Assembly: GCA_963829525.1 (NCBI GenBank)
Contig: CAWHIJ010000003.1
Coordinates: forward strand, 96,001-160,000
Source of the DNA: an uncultured Actinomycetota bacterium
GTDB lineage: Bacteria > Actinomycetota > Actinomycetes > JAHEKZ01
Length of the DNA stretch: 64,000 bases
Reading direction: 5' to 3'
Below the pieces are notes generated by a model that was not told the DNA's origin, did not search any database, and was given only the letters and a program-made list of their open reading frames with translations. The translations under genes were made by a program, and so were the position numbers. Below, piece by piece: positions 1 through 9,730 of this stretch. How positions within the stretch are numbered: position 1 is the first letter of the stretch; each line of letters opens with the position of its first letter.

Positions 1-1
1 T

Positions 2-505
2 GCGGTCTCAGCGGTGATGTGTGGCATGGGGTGGGACGCGGCAATGATGGACGTGAGTGAAACGGTGAAAGCACGACTGGGCTGGGGAGCCTACGCCGTG
101 CAAGCTGCTCGCACCGTGCGCGACCACCCGATCCGGCTACGCGTCCAGGTCGACGACGGCCCCGAGAACACTTTCTATGCCCGCACTTGTCTGATCGCAA
201 ACGTCGGCACGCTAGTTGGCGGACTCGAGCTGCTACCGGAGTCGTCCCCTGATGACGGCGTCCTAGAGGTCTTGGTCTTCGAGCCGACGACGAGTGTCGA
301 CTACGCGCGCTCGTCCTGGGGCGTCTTTCGTGGGCACAGCAACGAGGGTGACCCGTCACGCACCCTGCTTCGCGGGAGCAAGGTGGTGGTCACCACCCAT
401 CGAGCGCGTCCGCGTCAGATCGACGGCGACGTCATCGACGAGGGTCATGGCTTCATCGCGCGCGTGCTGCCCGCGGCGCTCACGGTCCGCGTGCCGCACG
501 CCTGA
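2..505 (+). CDS. Diacylglycerol/lipid kinase family protein (YegS-like), C-terminal part, truncated by window start
   Basis: GMGWDAAMM, GWGAY, ANVGTLVGG, PDDGVLEV and QIDGD motifs typical of the DAGK accessory domain. Confidence 0.85.
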   Translation, partial: AVSAVMCGMGWDAAMMDVSETVKARLGWGAYAVQAARTVRDHPIRLRVQVDDGPENTFYARTCLIANVGTLVGGLELLPESSPDDGVLEVLVFEPTTSVDYARSSWGVFRGHSNEGDPSRTLLRGSKVVVTTHRARPRQIDGDVIDEGHGFIARVLPAALTVRVPHA

Positions 506-521
506 CGGCAGGCGGCGCGCA

Positions 522-1700
522 TCATCCGACCGGCCCAGCTCCTTCGATGTGCGGAAGCGGAGACACGTGCTCGGCTAGCGTCGCCTCATCGGGGATCTCG
601 TCGGCAACGTCCGACGCCCGAACTGCGTGCGTCATCGCGTACGCGATTGTTCCACCCATGACGAAGAGCAGTGCACCGACGCCAAGCCAAGCGGCCGGGG
701 TCGGCAGCTGCGTCAACCGGTACACGAGAAAAGCCATCGTCCCTGCCACCGGAATGGTGACGGCCCAGGCCAGGAGCATCTCGCCAACGACGCGCAGGTT
801 GATGCCCCTTCCCGATGAGATACCCGCCCCCATTACTGAGGATCCGGCGGCCTGAGTGGTCGAGATGGGGATCCCCAAGGAAGTTGCGCCAAATATTGAC
901 ACCGTCGCGCCGATGTTGGCGGCCACACCCGAACTCGCGTGCAAGCTGGTGATCCGCAGACCCATCGTCTCGATGATCTTCCATCCACCCCACATCGTCC
1001 CCAGCGCGATTGCGGAATAGGCGCCCAGCGCAACCCACTCGGGAACCGGGATCGTTCCATCGACATCGACCGTGCTGTACCCGGCGCCTGCCAGGAGCGA
1101 TGCGATCACGCCCATCGTCTTCTGCGCATCGTTGGCACCGTGCCCGAACGAGACCGCCGCAGCCGAGAGGAGTTGGAGGTATTTGAATGGACGGGCGTTG
1201 TCTGCCCAGCCGGTCAACCGCTGGATACCCACCACGAGGTACATCGCGGCAAATGCGATCGTGAAGGCCACCACCGGGGACGCGAAGATCGCAACTGCGG
1301 TCTCCTCCACCTTCCCCCAGTCGATTGCGTCGACCCATCCGGCGGCCAGACCAGCCCCAACCAAGCCACCAATAAGGGCGTGGCTCGACGACGACGGCAT
1401 GCCGACCCACCAGGTGAGGTAGTTCCAAGCGATCGCACCGATCAACGCAGCGAAGACTACGGCCACCCCGGCGTACTGCGCGTCGACGACTTTGCTGACG
1501 GTGTTGGCGACGGCGGTGCCGACAAAGAAGTACGCGAGGAAGTTGAAGAACGCAGAGAAACCCACGGCAGCTCGCGGTCCCATCGCTCGCGTAGCAACCA
1601 CGGTTGCTACCGAGTTCGCTGCGTCGTGGAACCCGTTACTGAAGTCGAACAGCAGGGCCAGGGCGATGATCGCGATGACCGCAAAGAGCAGTGGGTCCAC
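522..1700 (-). CDS. pit: Inorganic phosphate transporter, PiT family
   Basis: Two PiT signatures (NGFHDAANSVAT; GHGANDAQKTMG), PSSSSHALIGG, hydrophobic throughout. Confidence 0.95.
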   Translation of the reverse strand: MDPLLFAVIAIIALALLFDFSNGFHDAANSVATVVATRAMGPRAAVGFSAFFNFLAYFFVGTAVANTVSKVVDAQYAGVAVVFAALIGAIAWNYLTWWVGMPSSSSHALIGGLVGAGLAAGWVDAIDWGKVEETAVAIFASPVVAFTIAFAAMYLVVGIQRLTGWADNARPFKYLQLLSAAAVSFGHGANDAQKTMGVIASLLAGAGYSTVDVDGTIPVPEWVALGAYSAIALGTMWGGWKIIETMGLRITSLHASSGVAANIGATVSIFGATSLGIPISTTQAAGSSVMGAGISSGRGINLRVVGEMLLAWAVTIPVAGTMAFLVYRLTQLPTPAAWLGVGALLFVMGGTIAYAMTHAVRASDVADEIPDEATLAEHVSPLPHIEGAGPVG

Positions 1701-1732
1701 ACCGGCTCCTCGGAGGATGGGGCCTACGGCCC

Positions 1733-1832
1733 GTGAACACGGTCAGAATGGTCGCCGACAAGGGCGGCCCCCTGGCAACCAGAAGATGAACGGAAGGTGA
1801 ACACCGGTCCGACCTCAGCCTGACGGGTGAAC
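1733..1832 (-). promoter_or_regulatory. PHO boxes (PhoP direct-repeat units) upstream of pit
   Basis: Minus strand GTTCACCTTCC-GTTCATCTTCT with 11-nt period (1802-1781), plus GTTCACCCGTC (from 1832) and GTTCACGGGCC (from 1738); resembles the Streptomyces GTTCACC 11-nt unit. Confidence 0.7.
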
Positions 1833-1895
1833 AGATTGCCAGAAAACGGCCATTAGTCCCTTGGTTCAGACCATGGGTGCCGTCAGGGTTGCCCT

Positions 1896-2894
1896 GTGCA
1901 CGCATGGGTGGTCGACCGACCGGGGCCAATGGCCTCAAGGCCGCTGCGCTGGATCGAGCGGCCCGACCCCACTCCCGCGACCGGTGAGGTCGTTGTCGAC
2001 GTCCGAGCATGCGGCGTCTGCCGGACCGACCTGCACCTGGCCGAGGGGGATCTGCCACCGCGGCGACCGCAGACCGTTCCCGGTCACGAAGTGGTCGGCG
2101 TCGTCGCCGCCCTGGGGGCAGACTGCACCAGGTTTGCCGTCGGCGACCGTGTGGGGATCGCCTGGCTGCGGTACACCTGCGGCACGTGTCGCTGGTGCCG
2201 CAGTGGCCTCGAGAACCTGTGCCAGAGCGCGCAGTTCACCGGGTGGGATGCCGATGGCGGCTACGCCGAGCGTGCCGTCGTGCCCGAAGAGTATGCCTAC
2301 CGCATCCCGGAAGCGTGGTCGGACGCCTACGCCGCTCCGCTCCTCTGCGCCGGCATCATCGGTTACCGCGCGCTCCGGTTGTCATCACTGCCAACCGGCG
2401 GGCGGCTGGGCATCTACGGCTTCGGGGCCTCCGCACACCTGACGGCTCAGGTCGCCATGAACCAGGGGGCAACGGTGCACGTCATGACGCGATCCCGGGA
2501 CGCCCGTGCACTTGCACTGCAGTTGGGATGCGCGAGTGCCGGTGACACCTTCGACGCCCCGCCGCAGCCGCTCGACTCCGCCATCATCTTTGCACCGGCC
2601 GGTGAGATCGTGCCAGCTGCGCTCGAGGCCCTTGACGACGCTGGCACCCTGGCGATCGCCGGCATCCACCTCAGCGACGTCCCGGTGCTGAGCTACCAGC
2701 GTCACCTCTTCCGCGAACGCTCCGTCCGATCTGTGACGGCCAACACCCGCGCCGACGGCGAGGACTTCCTGCGCGTCGCGGCGTCCATGCAGTTGCACGT
2801 ACATCACCAGGAGTATTCCCTGGACGAGGCCGGTCAAGCCCTCGCCGACCTCGCCGCCGACCGTGTCGAGGGCGCGGCCGTCCTCATCCGCTGA
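1896..2894 (+). CDS. Zinc-dependent alcohol dehydrogenase family protein
   Basis: [16 protein letters not shown], structural Zn motif [24 protein letters not shown]. Confidence 0.95.
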   Translation: MHAWVVDRPGPMASRPLRWIERPDPTPATGEVVVDVRACGVCRTDLHLAEGDLPPRRPQTVPGHEVVGVVAALGADCTRFAVGDRVGIAWLRYTCGTCRWCRSGLENLCQSAQFTGWDADGGYAERAVVPEEYAYRIPEAWSDAYAAPLLCAGIIGYRALRLSSLPTGGRLGIYGFGASAHLTAQVAMNQGATVHVMTRSRDARALALQLGCASAGDTFDAPPQPLDSAIIFAPAGEIVPAALEALDDAGTLAIAGIHLSDVPVLSYQRHLFRERSVRSVTANTRADGEDFLRVAASMQLHVHHQEYSLDEAGQALADLAADRVEGAAVLIR

Positions 2895-2986
2895 CCCCCG
2901 TTGACCGTCGGCGGTGCCGCCTAGTGCACATCAGGTTGCCGCCCAGGCGCACCAAGTGCACGCTCTGAGCGCGCAATACTGGCCAG

Positions 2987-4435
2987 GTGACCGACCCGAC
3001 GCCTCCCCGCTGGCGCACCGCCCTGTGGCGTGGTGAAACGGCCCCGATCCCGATCGTCCGCGCCCCCACCCGCGCGGTCTACCCGAGACGGGGGCCAGGT
3101 GACGACGCCGAGCTGGCTGCCGTCGACCAGGGTGCATCCCTTGCGCTCCGCTTCGGCACCCTCCTGCTCGCCGGAGGTGCGCCCACCGAGGAGGTCGAGG
3201 CCGCGATCTTCGCCGTCGGCACCGCGGTAGGCCTTGGCGACTTCGAGGTCGACATCACCTATGGCTCCATCATCATCAGCATCGCGCCTCGCGGAGATCG
3301 CCCAGGCTTCACCGACATGCGGGTGGTGCGGGGGCGTTCAACCCACTTCGCACGCGTCGCAGCTGCCCATCAACTGCTGCTCGAGCTGTCCGAGGGACGA
3401 GTGCCGCCAGAGGAAGTGGATACCCGGCTCTCCGAGATCGAGCACCTGAGGAGGCCCTATCCACGCTGGTTCGTCATCGCCGCCTTCGGTGCTCTGTCGG
3501 CTGCGATCACCGTGCAGCTCGGCGCCCTGTCGACTTACGGCCCAGATCGGTTCAACGCCAAGGACTTGCTGACGCCCACCGTCGCCTTCATCGCTGCGGT
3601 TGCGACCGGCTACGTCGGCAACATCATGGCCCGCCGACGGGTGCCCACGTTCTTCGTCAACCTCACACTTGCGTTCGGGTCAGCCATGATCGCTGTGGGC
3701 GTCACCCAACTTGAGTCCACCTCGGATGGCTATCCGGTGGAGACTTCTCTGGTGATTGTCGGCGGCATCATCGCCCTGTTGCCGGGGATGAGCCTGATGG
3801 TCGCTGCACAGGAGGCGATCGGATCGTTCGCCGTCACCGCGGCAGCGCGCATCGTCGAGCTGACCTTCTCGACCATCGGAATCGTGTCCGGGGTGCTGCT
3901 CGGCCTGATCATCGCGGCCGAGCTGGGCGTCCCTATGGCTGACGCGCTAAAACTCAACACGAGCGCGACCACCGTCACGACAGCGGTCGTGGCCGCATCC
4001 GTCGCAGCAGCTGCGGCAGCGATCACCTATCAGTCTCCAGCGCTACTCGCCATCGTGGGCGGCGCGCTCGCCGGTCTCGGCATCTTGGTCTACGGCACGG
4101 TGAGCGCCGTCAGCGCCAGCCCCGGCGCAACCACGGCGGCCGCAGCAATCGTCATTGGCTTTGCCAGCCGGTTGCTGGGGGCGCGATTACGCGTACCCCC
4201 AGTTCTGCTCACGGCCGCAGGCATCATTCCCCTGCTTCCCGGTCTCGCCGTCTACCAGGGTCTTCTCGCCCTCAGCCGTGACGAACCCGACAAGGGAATC
4301 GCTGCGCTGGTAGAGGCCGCAACGATCGCGATCGCGCTCGCGGCGGGCGTCCTCTTGGGACAGCTCATAGCTGGGCGCATCGTGCACCGTCCAACCCTCA
4401 TCCCCCCGCGCGACGTGCGGCGCAGCCAGGGCTGA
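2987..4435 (+). CDS. Threonine/serine exporter family protein (ThrE-like, fused two-domain form)
   Basis: N-terminal LLLAGGAPTEEVE region, duplicated IIALLPG / IIPLLPG motifs, about 10 hydrophobic segments. Confidence 0.85.
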   Translation: MTDPTPPRWRTALWRGETAPIPIVRAPTRAVYPRRGPGDDAELAAVDQGASLALRFGTLLLAGGAPTEEVEAAIFAVGTAVGLGDFEVDITYGSIIISIAPRGDRPGFTDMRVVRGRSTHFARVAAAHQLLLELSEGRVPPEEVDTRLSEIEHLRRPYPRWFVIAAFGALSAAITVQLGALSTYGPDRFNAKDLLTPTVAFIAAVATGYVGNIMARRRVPTFFVNLTLAFGSAMIAVGVTQLESTSDGYPVETSLVIVGGIIALLPGMSLMVAAQEAIGSFAVTAAARIVELTFSTIGIVSGVLLGLIIAAELGVPMADALKLNTSATTVTTAVVAASVAAAAAAITYQSPALLAIVGGALAGLGILVYGTVSAVSASPGATTAAAAIVIGFASRLLGARLRVPPVLLTAAGIIPLLPGLAVYQGLLALSRDEPDKGIAALVEAATIAIALAAGVLLGQLIAGRIVHRPTLIPPRDVRRSQG

Positions 4436-4599
4436 GTCCACCGGATTCACCCAGATGGCCCAGCGTACGGAAGTAACGAACCTGCTGCGTCCTCTCAGCC
4501 GGGCGATCTAGCGCCCCACCTGCGCATTTGCACTCAAGAAACGGGCGAAGTCACCCGATTCATCTGCGGGGGCAACGTTCCAACTCTTGAGGGGGCCAG

Positions 4600-6909
4600 G
4601 TGAATCAGCGTGCGACCGCGAGCCTGCTCGCTCGCCTGACCGGACCTCGTGTGCTGTACGTCGTGATCGCCCTGGTCTTCGGCGTGTTCGTGGCGTCGAC
4701 GATCCCGGGAGTCCGCTCAACGGTTGGCTATAACCTCCTGCTCGACGGCTTGCTGAACAACATCGCCTACGAACTGTGCGCCGTCCTCTGCTTCGTGAGG
4801 GCGCGCCGTGACCCGACGTTTTCGTTGAGCTGGCGCTTCCTCGGAATCGGCCTGGCCCTCTATGGCGCTGGCAACATCTACTGGACGGCATTCGTCCGTG
4901 GGCTCGACCCCGAGCCATGGCCAACCTTCGCTGACGCGCTCTGGCTCTCCTTCTATCCGTTCGCCTTCATCGCTCTTCTGCTGGTCGTCCGTGAGATCGC
5001 CGATGAGCTTCCGCTCAGCGTGTGGTTCGACGGCATCGTGGGCGGCCTTGCGGTAGCGGCCGTCGCCGCTGCCTTCTGGGGTCCGCTTCTCGACTACATC
5101 GAGGGTGGCAGCACTGCGTCGATCGTGACGACGATGGCCTACCCATTGCTCGATATCCTTCTGCTACTGGTCACGACGGCTGTTCTTGCCCTGTTCCACT
5201 GGAAGCCGCCAACGGGTTTGTGGTTCATGGCTATCGGTCTGATTCTGTTCAGCGTCGCCGACGCCATCTACCTCTTCGCCGCAAACGCCGGAACCTACGA
5301 GTCAGGCGGCGTCAACGACGGCGTCTGGGTGCTCGCGACGCTTGCCATCGGGTTCGCTCCTGGTTGGCCGGACCGGCGAACCGGAGTGACGCTTCCCGCC
5401 TGGGCTCTGCTCGGCATCCCCGTCATCGCGACTCTCGCCGCACTCTTCCTTCTGGTCCTCGACCACGACCGGACACTGTCCCCTCTCGCGATCGCTCTAG
5501 CCGCCGGAACCGTGATCTTTGCCCTGGGACGTCTGATCGTCACCTTCCGCGAGGCCAACATCTTGGCGCACAGCCACGAGCTGGCCCTCACCGACGAGCT
5601 GACCGAGCTGCCCAACCGACGTGCGTTCTACGAGCAGGGCCAGGTGATGATCGACGCAGCCGCTCACGACGGCCGCCATGGGGCAATGCTGCTGCTCGAC
5701 CTCGACCGTTTCAAGGAGGTCAACGACAGCCTCGGACACCACGCCGGTGACACCCTCCTCAAGGATGTCGCCCTCCGGCTGACCGAAACCCTCCATGAGG
5801 AAGGCGACATTCTTGCCCGCCTCGGGGGTGACGAGTTCGTCGTGATGCTGTTGGACGTCGACGCGCCGGCAGCCATCGCCGTCTCGGATCGAATCCGGGC
5901 GGCCATCGCCGCACCGTTCGCCCTCGAAGGTGTCACTATCCGAGTTGACGCAAGTGTCGGTATCTCGCTCTTTCCCTGGCATGGCGCAGAGGTGACCACC
6001 CTGCTCCGGAATGCCGACATCGCCATGTACCAGGCAAAGGGAGTTCGCGCGGGATGCCGGGTGTACCTCGCCGACGAAGACTCCAACGGAGGTGCCGAGC
6101 GACTCCGCACCCTCGAAGAGCTGCGGGTTGCCATCCTCGAGCGCAAGCTGGCTGTGCACTACCAGCCCAAGGTCAATGCCCAAACCATGGCGGTCGCCGG
6201 AGTTGAGGCGCTCGTTCGCTGGGATCACCCGACGAGGGGGCTTCTCCCACCGATAGCTTTCCTCCCACTTGCCGAGGACAACGGTCTGATGCGCGAGCTC
6301 ACGGTGGCGGTGCTCGAGCAGTCTCTCGACCAGGTGCGTACATGGCGCGAAGCCGGTCGTGAGCTATCGGTCGCCGTCAACCTCTCCGCGTCATCGCTTG
6401 TCGACATCGAGCTGCCAGAGACGATCTGGAAGATGCTCTTCGACCGCGACCTTCCGGCGTCCACGCTCGAGCTGGAGATCACCGAGGACTTCCTGATGGG
6501 TGACCGCGAGCGGGCTCGCGACATCTTGACGCAGCTGCGGCGCCTCGGCGTCAGGGTGGCGGTCGACGACTTCGGTACCGGCTACTCGTCACTGGCGTAC
6601 CTCAAAGAGCTTCCGATCGACGAGCTCAAGCTCGACCGTTCGTTCGTGACACCGATGTCAACTGACACCCGAGCCGCAGCGATTGTCCAGTCAACGATCG
6701 ACTTGGCCCACTCGCTCGGCATGACGCTCGTTGCCGAAGGCGTTGAGGACGGTGACACGGCCGTACAGCTGGCGCACTCCGGTTGCGACGAGGCTCAAGG
6801 CTTCTTCTTCTCCAAGGCTCTCCCCGCCCTTGAGCTGGAGACCTGGATCGATGCCCACGACCGCGACCGGACGCAGGCGGCGCCAGCTGTGGCGGGCAGC
6901 CCCACGTGA
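4600..6909 (+). CDS. Membrane-bound diguanylate cyclase/phosphodiesterase (TM sensor-GGDEF-EAL)
   Basis: Multi-TM N-terminus; DELTELPNRR, DLDRFKEVNDSLGH, RLGGDEF; EAL domain VEALVRW and DDFGTGYSS. Confidence 0.95.
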   Translation: MNQRATASLLARLTGPRVLYVVIALVFGVFVASTIPGVRSTVGYNLLLDGLLNNIAYELCAVLCFVRARRDPTFSLSWRFLGIGLALYGAGNIYWTAFVRGLDPEPWPTFADALWLSFYPFAFIALLLVVREIADELPLSVWFDGIVGGLAVAAVAAAFWGPLLDYIEGGSTASIVTTMAYPLLDILLLLVTTAVLALFHWKPPTGLWFMAIGLILFSVADAIYLFAANAGTYESGGVNDGVWVLATLAIGFAPGWPDRRTGVTLPAWALLGIPVIATLAALFLLVLDHDRTLSPLAIALAAGTVIFALGRLIVTFREANILAHSHELALTDELTELPNRRAFYEQGQVMIDAAAHDGRHGAMLLLDLDRFKEVNDSLGHHAGDTLLKDVALRLTETLHEEGDILARLGGDEFVVMLLDVDAPAAIAVSDRIRAAIAAPFALEGVTIRVDASVGISLFPWHGAEVTTLLRNADIAMYQAKGVRAGCRVYLADEDSNGGAERLRTLEELRVAILERKLAVHYQPKVNAQTMAVAGVEALVRWDHPTRGLLPPIAFLPLAEDNGLMRELTVAVLEQSLDQVRTWREAGRELSVAVNLSASSLVDIELPETIWKMLFDRDLPASTLELEITEDFLMGDRERARDILTQLRRLGVRVAVDDFGTGYSSLAYLKELPIDELKLDRSFVTPMSTDTRAAAIVQSTIDLAHSLGMTLVAEGVEDGDTAVQLAHSGCDEAQGFFFSKALPALELETWIDAHDRDRTQAAPAVAGSPT

Positions 6910-7946
6910 GGACGTCGCCCTGGCTCAAAGCTGAGAGTCAACACCAGACGGTGGGTCGCGACGGCTTCACCGCCCTTACCGTGCACGGCCATGGTGCTCT
7001 GCACGCTGTCCGCGCAGAAATCGCTGAGCTCGCCGCTCGATGCCAGCTGCCGACCACAGCGTCCGCTGACTGGATCTTCACCTCTCTCTCAGCCATCCCG
7101 TCAATGCAACCGTGGGCAGTACTTGTGCGTGACGACCACGGTGTCTTGCGTTCTTTCATCGTCTTGGCGGGGACCGACGAGAACCAGGTCCGGATCGTGG
7201 GCACCGACCAGGGCAACCGCGGAGCCATCGCCGCCGATAGTGCTGCTGCCGTCGAAGCGCTCGCTGAAGGGGTCCATCGATCACTGCGGAGCAGACCCCC
7301 CGGTGAGACCGTGGTTCTCGGCCCGGTGAATGCCCACCACCCGCACACCCAGATGTTTGCTGCCGCTCTGCCCGGATCAACACTGCTTGAGGACGACCCG
7401 ATCCCGTTGATCAGGAACGAGGGTCTGGCGCTCACTGAGTACCTTTCCAACGGGATGAGGCGGCAGCTGCGCAAGGCCTATAACCGACTCGAGACGGACG
7501 GGCTTGACTGGATCGTCACGGTGACCACCGACCCAGACGAGATCAGGAGGCACCTGCCTGTCCTGGAACGCTGTCATCGCGAGCGGGACCACGCCCACGG
7601 CCGCGCGAGCGCCCTCGATGACGAGCAAGGTCTGCAGCTGTGGCGGGCGCGCATCGAAGCCCTCTCCCGTGCCGGAGACCTCGAGCTTGCGACGCTTTCC
7701 ATCGGCGGCGAGTTCGCCGCACACACCCTCAGCATCTTTGACGACAACGTCTACCGGGTTCTCGAAGGTCGCTTCATCTCGAAGTGGGCTCGCTACTCAC
7801 CTGGACGCCTGCTCGAAGCCCACATCGTCGAACGAGTACTCAACGAAGAGTCCGTTGCGATTGTCGACTGGATGACCGCAACTGCCACGGAGAAGCTGTT
7901 GGCCACCAACGCCTCAGAACCCATGGTCTACGTGCACGTGCGCTGA
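6906..7946 (+). CDS. GNAT family protein (CelD/BcsL-like, Acetyltransf_6 type)
   Basis: YLSNGMRRQLRKAYNRLE and ARYSPGRLL motifs; GTGA start/stop overlap with the upstream gene. Confidence 0.75.
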   Translation: MRTSPWLKAESQHQTVGRDGFTALTVHGHGALHAVRAEIAELAARCQLPTTASADWIFTSLSAIPSMQPWAVLVRDDHGVLRSFIVLAGTDENQVRIVGTDQGNRGAIAADSAAAVEALAEGVHRSLRSRPPGETVVLGPVNAHHPHTQMFAAALPGSTLLEDDPIPLIRNEGLALTEYLSNGMRRQLRKAYNRLETDGLDWIVTVTTDPDEIRRHLPVLERCHRERDHAHGRASALDDEQGLQLWRARIEALSRAGDLELATLSIGGEFAAHTLSIFDDNVYRVLEGRFISKWARYSPGRLLEAHIVERVLNEESVAIVDWMTATATEKLLATNASEPMVYVHVR

Positions 7947-7949
7947 ACG

Positions 7950-7993
7950 ACACCGAGCCCCGGTCCGTGACCTGCTGGACCGAGGCTCGGTGT
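7950..7993. terminator. Inverted repeat between convergent genes, probable bidirectional terminator
   Basis: ACACCGAGCC-c-CGGTCC, 10-nt loop, GGACCG-a-GGCTCGGTGT. Confidence 0.7.
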
Positions 7994-8012
7994 ATCGGAC
8001 GGAACGGCCCTC

Positions 8013-8918
8013 TTAGGCGGGTGCCACCGCGTTCCAAAGCCCCAACGGGTTCAGCACCGAACGCATCCACGCCTGCACCTCAGCGGTGTCGACGCGGTAC
8101 GGGAACCCCTGGCCACCGCAGCTCCAGTTCTTCACAAACGAGTTGACTGCGAGAACCGTGTTCGTGTCGCCAGCGAAGATGGGACCGCCGGAATCTCCGA
8201 AACAAGTTCCGACCCGGCCACCACCGAAGTTGGACGCGAGCTGGAGGTTGTAGCCAGCCGTGGTGGTGTTGCGAGTGTTGATGATGAAGGTCTTTCCCGT
8301 CAAACGCTCGCGGAACGACAGAGTGTTGTTGCCATTCTTGCCATTCGTACGGCTCACTCCGTAGCCAGAGACAGTGACGACTGCGTTGATGCCTGTACCA
8401 AGGTCGTCGGCAGCACCCACCACTGGCAGAGTGCCATAGGAGCTGATGCTGGGATAGACATCGTGAACAGCACCTGAGTCCAAAACGATGAGGCCGACGT
8501 CGTGCGTCTCAGGGATGGAGGCGAGGTCGGTGAACCCGTAGTTGTATAGGTGGGTCGACGTGACCCCGCCCGTGACCGGGTAGCCCGACGTGGCAGGAGT
8601 ACCAGTTACTGGGTCATAGTCAGCGCCAGCGTCCTGCTCGAACCAGATCCGTGCCAATGGGGCGACGTTACCTGCGTCATCGCCCGCAACGCAGTGTCCC
8701 GCGGTGAGGAACACCCGAGAGGAGAGCAATGTGCCGGTGCAACGGTGGAGGAATTCTCCATCAGCGTTGTAGAAGGCGACGAGGCCGACGTAAGGATGCT
8801 CGAAGTCTTGTTGGATGTTCGGGCCGGTAACCGCGCCGGATGGGGGGGCCAGTAGTGCTGAAGATGCCACGGCCAGGGCTAGTGGTGCCAGCACCCAGCG
8901 AGCGAGCTTTGAGAGCAT
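8013..8918 (-). CDS. Secreted trypsin-like (S1) serine protease
   Basis: Signal peptide after ATG 8918 (AAGGAG RBS upstream); LTAGHC, HDVGL and CFGDSGGP catalytic motifs. Confidence 0.92.
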   Translation of the reverse strand: MLSKLARWVLAPLALAVASSALLAPPSGAVTGPNIQQDFEHPYVGLVAFYNADGEFLHRCTGTLLSSRVFLTAGHCVAGDDAGNVAPLARIWFEQDAGADYDPVTGTPATSGYPVTGGVTSTHLYNYGFTDLASIPETHDVGLIVLDSGAVHDVYPSISSYGTLPVVGAADDLGTGINAVVTVSGYGVSRTNGKNGNNTLSFRERLTGKTFIINTRNTTTAGYNLQLASNFGGGRVGTCFGDSGGPIFAGDTNTVLAVNSFVKNWSCGGQGFPYRVDTAEVQAWMRSVLNPLGLWNAVAPA

Positions 8919-9070
8919 GTAACGCTCCTTCACTTGTTGACGTTCATGATCGGACTTCTGGAAAACACCTCGCATCTACCCCGATGGTGTCGTTCTAAGC
9001 ACCGTTTGCCTAGTCCCCTTGCGCAGCGCATGAGCGACCAAGCCGACCGGGAACCACAGTCAGGACCGTG

Positions 9071-9730
9071 TCATCGACGCCCCTTGATGCGGCCCGTCTC
9101 GTAGGCCCACATCGCCAGCTCCACCCTGTTGCGGGCCCCGAGCTTGTTCATCAGGGCGGTGAGGTGCGTCTTCACCGTGCTCAGGCTGATGTTCAGCTCG
9201 TCGGCGATCTCTGAGTTCGTGCGGCCGCGAGCAACCGTGAGGAGCACCCCTTCCTCGCGGTCGGTCAGCGGGGCGATCGGTTGGGCGGGCGATTGACCCG
9301 TCGGCTCGCTGAATGCCGCGAGCAGCCTGATGGTGATGTTGGGGGCGATCAACGCATCCCCGTTCGCGGCAGCACGGACCGCCTGGATGAGCAGCTCCGG
9401 TCCGGCGTCCTTGAGCAGGAAACCCCTCGCACCCGCCTTGAGTGCCCCATGCACGTACTCATCGAGGTCGAATGTCGTGATGACCACCACCGCCATCGGT
9501 TCGGCCACGTCGGGACCGGCCAGCTGACGCGTTGCCTCAAGGCCGTCCATCTCTGGCATGCGGATGTCGAACAGACAGACGTCCGGACGCAGCTCACGGG
9601 CGAGTTCGACGGCCGTCAGCCCGTCAGCAGCCTGGCCGACGACCTCGATGTCGCTGTGGGCGTCGAGGATCATGACCAGTCCAGTGCGCACGATCTCCTG
9701 GTCGTCGGCGACCAGCACTCGGATCGTCAT
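9071..9730 (-). CDS. NarL/LuxR-family response regulator
   Basis: VLVADDQ, DIRMP receiver domain; LTDREE...GRTNSEIA...TVKTH LuxR HTH. Confidence 0.95.
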   Translation of the reverse strand: MTIRVLVADDQEIVRTGLVMILDAHSDIEVVGQAADGLTAVELARELRPDVCLFDIRMPEMDGLEATRQLAGPDVAEPMAVVVITTFDLDEYVHGALKAGARGFLLKDAGPELLIQAVRAAANGDALIAPNITIRLLAAFSEPTGQSPAQPIAPLTDREEGVLLTVARGRTNSEIADELNISLSTVKTHLTALMNKLGARNRVELAMWAYETGRIKGRR

